In this document: positions 58,503-64,000 of the stretch, one piece after another
Numbering within the stretch: position 1 is the first letter of the stretch
Layout: each line of letters starts with the position of its first letter
Source of the DNA: Podospora anserina
Lineage: Eukaryota
NCBI GenBank assembly: GCA_017654855.1
Contig: CM030332.1
Location: 3,038,001 to 3,102,000, forward strand
Direction of reading: 5' to 3'
DNA length: 64,000 nt
Notes under the pieces: generated by a model
Databases searched by the model: none
What the model was told of the DNA's origin: nothing
The model's input: only the letters and a program-made list of their open reading frames with translations
Position numbers and translations under genes: made by a program

Positions 58503-60284
58503 TCAGAGAACAGCTCCGGCAGAGTGTCTCCGCTGGGGGACACGGGGGACTTCGACCTCGAGGAGGTTTCTGTCGTCGTTGTCGTCGACGGCGCTCCCGT
58601 CTGCGGCTCCGTAGGCCATGTCGGATTTGGAGTCGAGGGTTTGGTCATAGTCGTACTCGATGGTGCCGACTGGGTTGGCTTCGACCACGGTGATCACAAT
58701 GGTGGGCAGCTCGCGAGGAGGAGCCGGGCGAGGCTGCCTCTGGACACAGTCCTTCCAGGGGGGCATGTGGGCACCGCCGCCGATGGGGATGCCGCAGATT
58801 GGTGTTCCGACGTGTTCGACGTGGGAAGGGTCGTCGAAGCTGGAGTAGTCCATGCCTACGACGTGGTAGGGCCCGCCGGCTTTGGATCTAGTCCGAGACT
58901 GGCTGTGAGGCTGTAGCCAGGGATAGGCTCCCTCGGGGATCGTGTTGGTGTAGGTTGCGATTGTTGCGAAGGCTGGGTTGGCAACCTGGGGCAGCTGTTG
59001 TAGCTGAGGCGGGTAGGAGGCTTGGTATGAGGCTTGGTAGCCTTGAGGCTGTTGGTAACTGCTACTGGAAGCAGTGGGATAGTAGCTTGTCGACTGGGGA
59101 GCTACATTGCCGGTCTGAACGTATTGATTGGAATATGGGTCATAGGCCCAACCTTGCTGCGTAGCTGGAGTCGAACTAGGCGCCATGGAGGCGTACTGGG
59201 CAATGGTATATTGCGTTTGGTCTTGAGAGAAGCCAGGCTCGCGAAGCAAGAGGCTTTTTTGGCTTCTATCCCTTCCAAGATCTTCTCCTTGGGAGTTCCG
59301 TCGATTGAAAAAAGACTGGCTCTTGTGCTGCCCGCGCCTTCTCCCCATCCGCCGATATCCCTGCTCGCTGGACTCGGCAAAGGTCGTGGTAGGTTGGGGT
59401 ATGGCGACAGAGCCATGGGAGGGCTTCACAGCGCGCTTGTTAAGATAGGACATACCCTCCTCTTTAGGCTTGACTTCGAAGCTGCCAAACACCTTCTCAA
59501 TCTCCTTGATACGCTGGGCGATGACCTCGGCTTCGGACGTAGAACTACCCAGGCGAGGTCTAGCCACCGTCTTCTGACCCTCGACAGCATCCTCCTGATC
59601 TCTCCACCACTGGATCAACTTCCAGTCTTCAGCAGTCAACTCCTCGTCCGAAATCTGAGGATTGAAGGGCCCGAAAACAATCCGGCAGTTGCATTTGCCC
59701 GTCTCGTGAAGGATGCGGTGATCAGCTCGCCATTCACCGGCATACAGACTCTTCAGCCGAAGCTGAACATGAGCTGCCCCGTCCTCGGTGATACTCTCAC
59801 GATAGAGAGGGGGAGCAGAACTGCCTTGGGGAGTGTCAGCGCCAGTACTGATCACCTCTCTCTCCTTACCCTTCGACTTCTTTGATATAGCCGGCTTGAC
59901 GGCGTCAACACCGGGATCAGAGGACCGGCTTCCAACTGAGCCATCTGTGATAGCCAGCGGAGCACCATCCTTCTCATCATTTTCTTCGGACTCGACGCCA
60001 TCGGCCCCGATAGCCCGGGGAGTGTTCAAGAGGCCCTGGAATACCACTTCACAGCCACAAGCCCCATGCTCATGAAGCCAACGGTGCTCATTCTCTCTGA
60101 TGATAACCCAGCGAGAATGGACGCAACGCTCACAGGCCGTGCAGCAGGTCTCGGCGTAGTATGCCCTATCCGGGCGCTTGTCACAGACAGGGTTGACATG
60201 CCCTTCTGTCGTCAACGGGCAGGTGACCAACACCGGGGGCGAGCGGTGGGCACACTGGTAGACGATGTACTCTCGGATACACAT
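58503..60284 (-). CDS. Hypothetical protein, Cys/His-rich N-terminal domain and disordered Q/Y/S-rich C-terminus
   Basis: 593-aa ATG-started ORF: MCIREYIVYQCAHRS...CP...VC...CCTACERC, with two HxxLHExGxCxC motifs. Confidence 0.78.
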   Translation of the reverse strand: MCIREYIVYQCAHRSPPVLVTCPLTTEGHVNPVCDKRPDRAYYAETCCTACERCVHSRWVIIRENEHRWLHEHGACGCEVVFQGLLNTPRAIGADGVESEENDEKDGAPLAITDGSVGSRSSDPGVDAVKPAISKKSKGKEREVISTGADTPQGSSAPPLYRESITEDGAAHVQLRLKSLYAGEWRADHRILHETGKCNCRIVFGPFNPQISDEELTAEDWKLIQWWRDQEDAVEGQKTVARPRLGSSTSEAEVIAQRIKEIEKVFGSFEVKPKEEGMSYLNKRAVKPSHGSVAIPQPTTTFAESSEQGYRRMGRRRGQHKSQSFFNRRNSQGEDLGRDRSQKSLLLREPGFSQDQTQYTIAQYASMAPSSTPATQQGWAYDPYSNQYVQTGNVAPQSTSYYPTASSSSYQQPQGYQASYQASYPPQLQQLPQVANPAFATIATYTNTIPEGAYPWLQPHSQSRTRSKAGGPYHVVGMDYSSFDDPSHVEHVGTPICGIPIGGGAHMPPWKDCVQRQPRPAPPRELPTIVITVVEANPVGTIEYDYDQTLDSKSDMAYGAADGSAVDDNDDRNLLEVEVPRVPQRRHSAGAVL

Positions 60285-61337
60285 CGTGAAGGCTTCGCTA
60301 GAGCTGGTCAGTGAAGGGCTTTCAAGTTAGGATAGGTTCTGAACACTTTACCTGGTTTTCTGACCGTTGATCGGTCTTTTTCTTCCGCTCGTTGCGGTGT
60401 GTAGGCCTGCTTCGTGGCCGGCTTCTTCCGAGAGGCTTCGAATGGGAGATATTAGAGACTACTGACTTCCGAACTGTTGGCAGACTGGCTATTAAGATCA
60501 ACTGGCTATGATTCCGAAGCAGGACGTGGCCGTGATCGTTTGTTGGGGTAGGTTTCGCAGGAAAAGGGGTCCACTTACTTGGACCACGTCGGTCCCTGTC
60601 GGTATCTGTGGGACTGTTGTTGTTCTAGGACGAGAAGAAAAGATTAGCTGACTGAATAGTGAGAGAGGGAGGCCACCGAGGGTCTTCAGTTAGCCACGAG
60701 AGGCGTGGCAATGGCCGACCGAGGCTTCTAGACCCATGGGGGGGTCGAGAGAAGTCGACTGGGGAGCTTCCGATGGAGATATCGGTCTAGGTAGTTCAAA
60801 GAGGCTTACAATACGTGATCAGAGTGTAGATGAAGTGAAGGGTAATTGAGGATTGTAGAGGGATACTTACAGAAAGGTGGTGGATTGCGAGAGGGAAGAA
60901 AAAGCCCCCACTTTCTGGTGGTTGGTGTTGTGTTGTAGAAGGAAAGTCGGGGAATCCTGGACACCTAGGTCAAATACTAGGTCAGTTCCGATCTAGGAAC
61001 AGAGTAATAGAACGGCAAGAACGTTCCTACCGAAGGAGCCCTTCTATGGAGCACAATAGCTAGGTCAATGGACCGAGAGGCCCAACACGGCATATGCCTA
61101 GAAGATTAACTCTGCGGTCCTTGACATGAAATTAGACCTGACAGGGAGGAATAGGAGAGAAAAGGGTAGTTAGTTATGTTTGACCTATCTTCATCCAAGC
61201 ATTATACTATGCCAGCGTTCGTGAACGAGGCATATCCGTTCTTGAAAGCTATGTTGGCGTTAGAACACGCTGTGCTTTCGTTAAAGAACGCTATGCTTGA
61301 GTTCGAAGGCGATTTGCCCTCGCCTGAGCACGCTAAA

Positions 61338-61427
61338 CCATCATCCAAGCACGAGATATATTCGCTCCAGCGCGATATTTGGCCATCGTCCAAGCACGAG
61401 ACACATACGCTCCAGCGCGACACTTGG
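61338..61427. repeat. 45-bp tandem duplication (39/45 identical)
   Basis: CCATCATCCAAGCACGAGATATATTCGCTCCAGCGCGATATTTGG versus CCATCGTCCAAGCACGAGACACATACGCTCCAGCGCGACACTTGG. Confidence 0.9.
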
Positions 61428-62935
61428 GCGTTTTGGAACGATAAGTAACCTCAGCCTCCTCTCTCATATGTTTCTTCTTCATGTTGTAGAAACCAAGAAT
61501 CCCCAGGGAATCCCTTTAAAGGGCCTTGGTTGATTACACGACAACTGTTACCGTATCCCTTGCTTCGAATGCCGGCGTTGTAAAAATCATTGACTTGCCA
61601 GAGCCAACGCTGGCCCAGTGGGCTTAAGGGTAAAATGCATCTTACATTATACTCCAGTTATAACGGACGAGGTAGATGGGTAGCGAAGATAGGGCCGAGA
61701 CCGCGGTTACTTAGATAGCAAGCTTCTATTTATGAACTTTCTGGTCAACAAAACGCACAAGGTAGCCGGTTCTTCATCTAGAAATACAAACCGAAATAAC
61801 GAATCAGGAAGGAGAAAAGTCAACACAGTCGACCCAGTGATCAGACCAGCCAGACCAGGTTTTTAAAGAGTAATACCCGGTCAACCACTCCCGTGTCATG
61901 GTTGGGTTTAAAACTGCGCTTCAAATCGACATTTTACTCCTCCTGACTATCGACAATTAGCGAGGGCGTTGGAAGCTATGCGAAAGCACCCGGTGTAGAA
62001 GGTGTGGGATCAACAAACATAGCCCCATCCTCGACCTACCTACTATAAGGAACCTGGCTCCAAATTCCGTCTTGTCTACTCCGTCAGGTTTGAATATGAC
62101 TCCTTGATATCGAGCCCGTTAAACAATTGTGCTTTGGAGGGGGGGGCGGGGGGAAGGATTCATAGCTTGAATTGTTGAAATTCAGTCTGTAAGGGTTCGA
62201 GAGCGATGTGTTTGGGTTTGCAAATAATTTCGAGTCTGCGTGTGAGGACGATGTATCCATTGCCCGAGCATGCCAAATCTGCATTCGGGAATGTTCTATA
62301 TAGGTGACCTTGCAATCGTCAGATAGTATGTGATTCTTTAGCAAATTGGCGGCAAAATTAGCGTTTATGGGCGAAAAAATTGTTCTTGCTCACCGGTCTA
62401 TAGTTAGCACTTGGCCACGCTGCTCTGGGGAAGTGCCCTGTTTGTGATTGATAAAAACCTCCTAAAGAAGCGCTAGGCTGCTGGATGTCTTCTTCAAGAT
62501 GATATGGGCAAGCACTAGAATTGTTGAACTCAATTCTCGAAACAGTGTAGAGAAACGCTGCAAGAAAAGAGACAATAGTTTCGAGACCGCAAAGAAAATG
62601 CTACCTAGGCATACCCCACGCTATTCGGCACCCATCGAGGATATCAAAATTTGAAACTTGAACAAGCCACCTTCAAAAGGGCAGGAGCGATCACAAGGGG
62701 CAGGCACGTAATCGTCCGGTCTCCGGCATCTCACTGAAATCGGGCACTTGGACTCGGTATCAACACTCAGCAATATGACTTCCACGTCAAGGGCATTCAT
62801 CCCATCCCAGATCTGACTCACCACATGACATTCCAGGCAGGGGAGACAGAATGAGGTATTATAATACATATTCAACATAATTGTACAACAGAACTAGGAC
62901 CAAATGTTGAGAAGCGGGGTATCATAGATCGCCTC

Positions 62936-64000
62936 TCAAAAGACCTTCATCCCATTCCCGGCCGCCTGGTTCATGACAAAGGTTTTCAGGGGTCCGAGAG
63001 CGTTGACGGCGGACAGCCCCAACGATCTCAATGGCACCAGAGGTCCGCTGCCAAAGGAGTACAGCTTGTGGAGCTTATCGCAGACTCCGAGGAGGACGTG
63101 ATTGGCGGCATATCGTTCAGAAACATATGACTCCAACGACATGCCCACACCGATATCTTGCCCATGTGTAACAGCGTACTCGATGGTCTTTGCGAGACTT
63201 TGTACGTCGCCCTGACCTTGGTTCAAACCTTGACCGGCAAGCGGGTGAATGGTGTGAGCGGCGTCACCGACTAGGGCCACTCGTTCGGCAACATAGGTGT
63301 CCGCGTGTCGTAGCTTCAGAGGAAAGGAAGCAACTGTGCCTTCCTGGACGCCCGTGACAACCTGAGGAACTGCGCGGTGGTCCACAGGAGTGTGTTCCAT
63401 TCTCCATGAATATTCTTCCTCTTGTCCAGATTTCTGAGTGTGCATGTATTGCAGGTCAACTGTACTTAACGTGAAGGCAGCATTGACCATGGCGGTGAAA
63501 TCCTTCGGCGAGAGGCTCTTGAGAAGGGCCGCGTTGCTCGGCGTGGTGGACCAGACCAGTGTAGAGTATTTTCCAGGCATTGGCAGCATGGCAACTGGGC
63601 CAGTCGGTAGGAACCTTTGGTAAGCAATCTTGGTGAACTCACCACCCCAGCCCTCACCTTCCAATTCCACAGTCGCTACCACGCCATGGCGGTTGTAATC
63701 CCATCCCTTGGCCTCGATATTCGCAAAGGACCTCACAGGGCTGTTGGCTCCATCCGCCCCAACCAGAAGCCTGGCAGAGAGTTGCTTCCCCCCAGACAGC
63801 TGTACTACCGGCCATTCCCGCAGATCCAGTTCCTCTGTTTCCTCGCCGTGTGTGATATTTTCCACCCTTGCGTTGTCAAAGGTAGACACTCCACCAAGCT
63901 CCTCCAGCCGCTTCAGCAGACCAGACGTCAGATTCAAGTTCTCTGTCATGTAGGCAATTGTTGTTCCGGTATTTGGGGCAGCACCCGCCCAGTCGAATTC
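62936..64000 (-). CDS. COQ6: Ubiquinone biosynthesis FAD monooxygenase Coq6 (5' end outside the window)
   Basis: LLVGADGANSPVR, AYQRFLPTGPVAMLP, VALVGDAAHTIHPLAGQGLNQG, DKLHKLYS. Confidence 0.95.
   Translation of the reverse strand, partial: EFDWAGAAPNTGTTIAYMTENLNLTSGLLKRLEELGGVSTFDNARVENITHGEETEELDLREWPVVQLSGGKQLSARLLVGADGANSPVRSFANIEAKGWDYNRHGVVATVELEGEGWGGEFTKIAYQRFLPTGPVAMLPMPGKYSTLVWSTTPSNAALLKSLSPKDFTAMVNAAFTLSTVDLQYMHTQKSGQEEEYSWRMEHTPVDHRAVPQVVTGVQEGTVASFPLKLRHADTYVAERVALVGDAAHTIHPLAGQGLNQGQGDVQSLAKTIEYAVTHGQDIGVGMSLESYVSERYAANHVLLGVCDKLHKLYSFGSGPLVPLRSLGLSAVNALGPLKTFVMNQAAGNGMKVF

Noticed and set aside
59034..59885. 283-aa plus ORF
   Set aside because: Antisense shadow of the 593-aa gene.
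60965..61067. Three CTAGGTCA copies
   Set aside because: Short, irregularly spaced and with no assignable factor; insufficient support.
44398..64000. Functional cluster of respiratory (COX17, NDUFS2, COQ6) or telomere-linked (PXR1, TEL2) genes
   Set aside because: Interspersed with unrelated housekeeping genes; nothing in the sequence distinguishes this from ordinary gene order.
1..64000. tRNA, 5S rRNA, transposon, HET/NLR, meiotic-drive or secondary-metabolite genes
   Set aside because: GTTCGA hits (e.g. ~16162, ~56544, ~62194) lack a cloverleaf context. No transposase, RT, NACHT/NB-ARC, HET, PKS or NRPS motifs were seen. Highly decayed copies could be missed by eye.

Overview
Eukaryotic DNA from a filamentous ascomycete. 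The protein set, the mostly 50-70 nt GT..AG introns with CTRAY branch sites and the codon style point to Sordariales, plausibly Podospora or a relative (inference). About 20 protein-coding genes are present, most spliced, so the ORF track fragments or misses several. I rebuilt exon structures by hand. Left to right: the 3' end of an unknown gene, a His/Arg/Ser-rich hypothetical, an MFS transporter, a 2EXR-domain protein, thioredoxin-like TXL1 (Trx+PITH), an unusual tandem-repeat protein with a broken 5' frame, the PX-PH-RhoGAP BEM3, a Zn2Cys6 transcription factor, a 10-Cys secreted protein, an F-box-like protein, an RRxS-rich conserved protein and a cryptic BTB protein. A housekeeping block follows (PXR1, a coiled-coil orphan, COX17, TEL2, UBA3, RPC40, complex I 49-kDa subunit), then a Cys/His-motif orphan and the 3' part of COQ6. 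I saw no transposase, tRNA, rRNA, CRISPR, HET or NLR gene. The most unusual unexplained structures are three. (i) A ~190-nt near-perfect hairpin just downstream of BEM3, with G:U-compatible mismatches and a third competing arm. (ii) An AGGCNT motif recurring every 21 bp between two convergent genes, which reads as a decayed Ala-heptad reading frame. (iii) An 18x15-aa repeat protein whose identical peptide units use heavily diversified codons. Gene identities come from recognising protein motifs; no database search was run.
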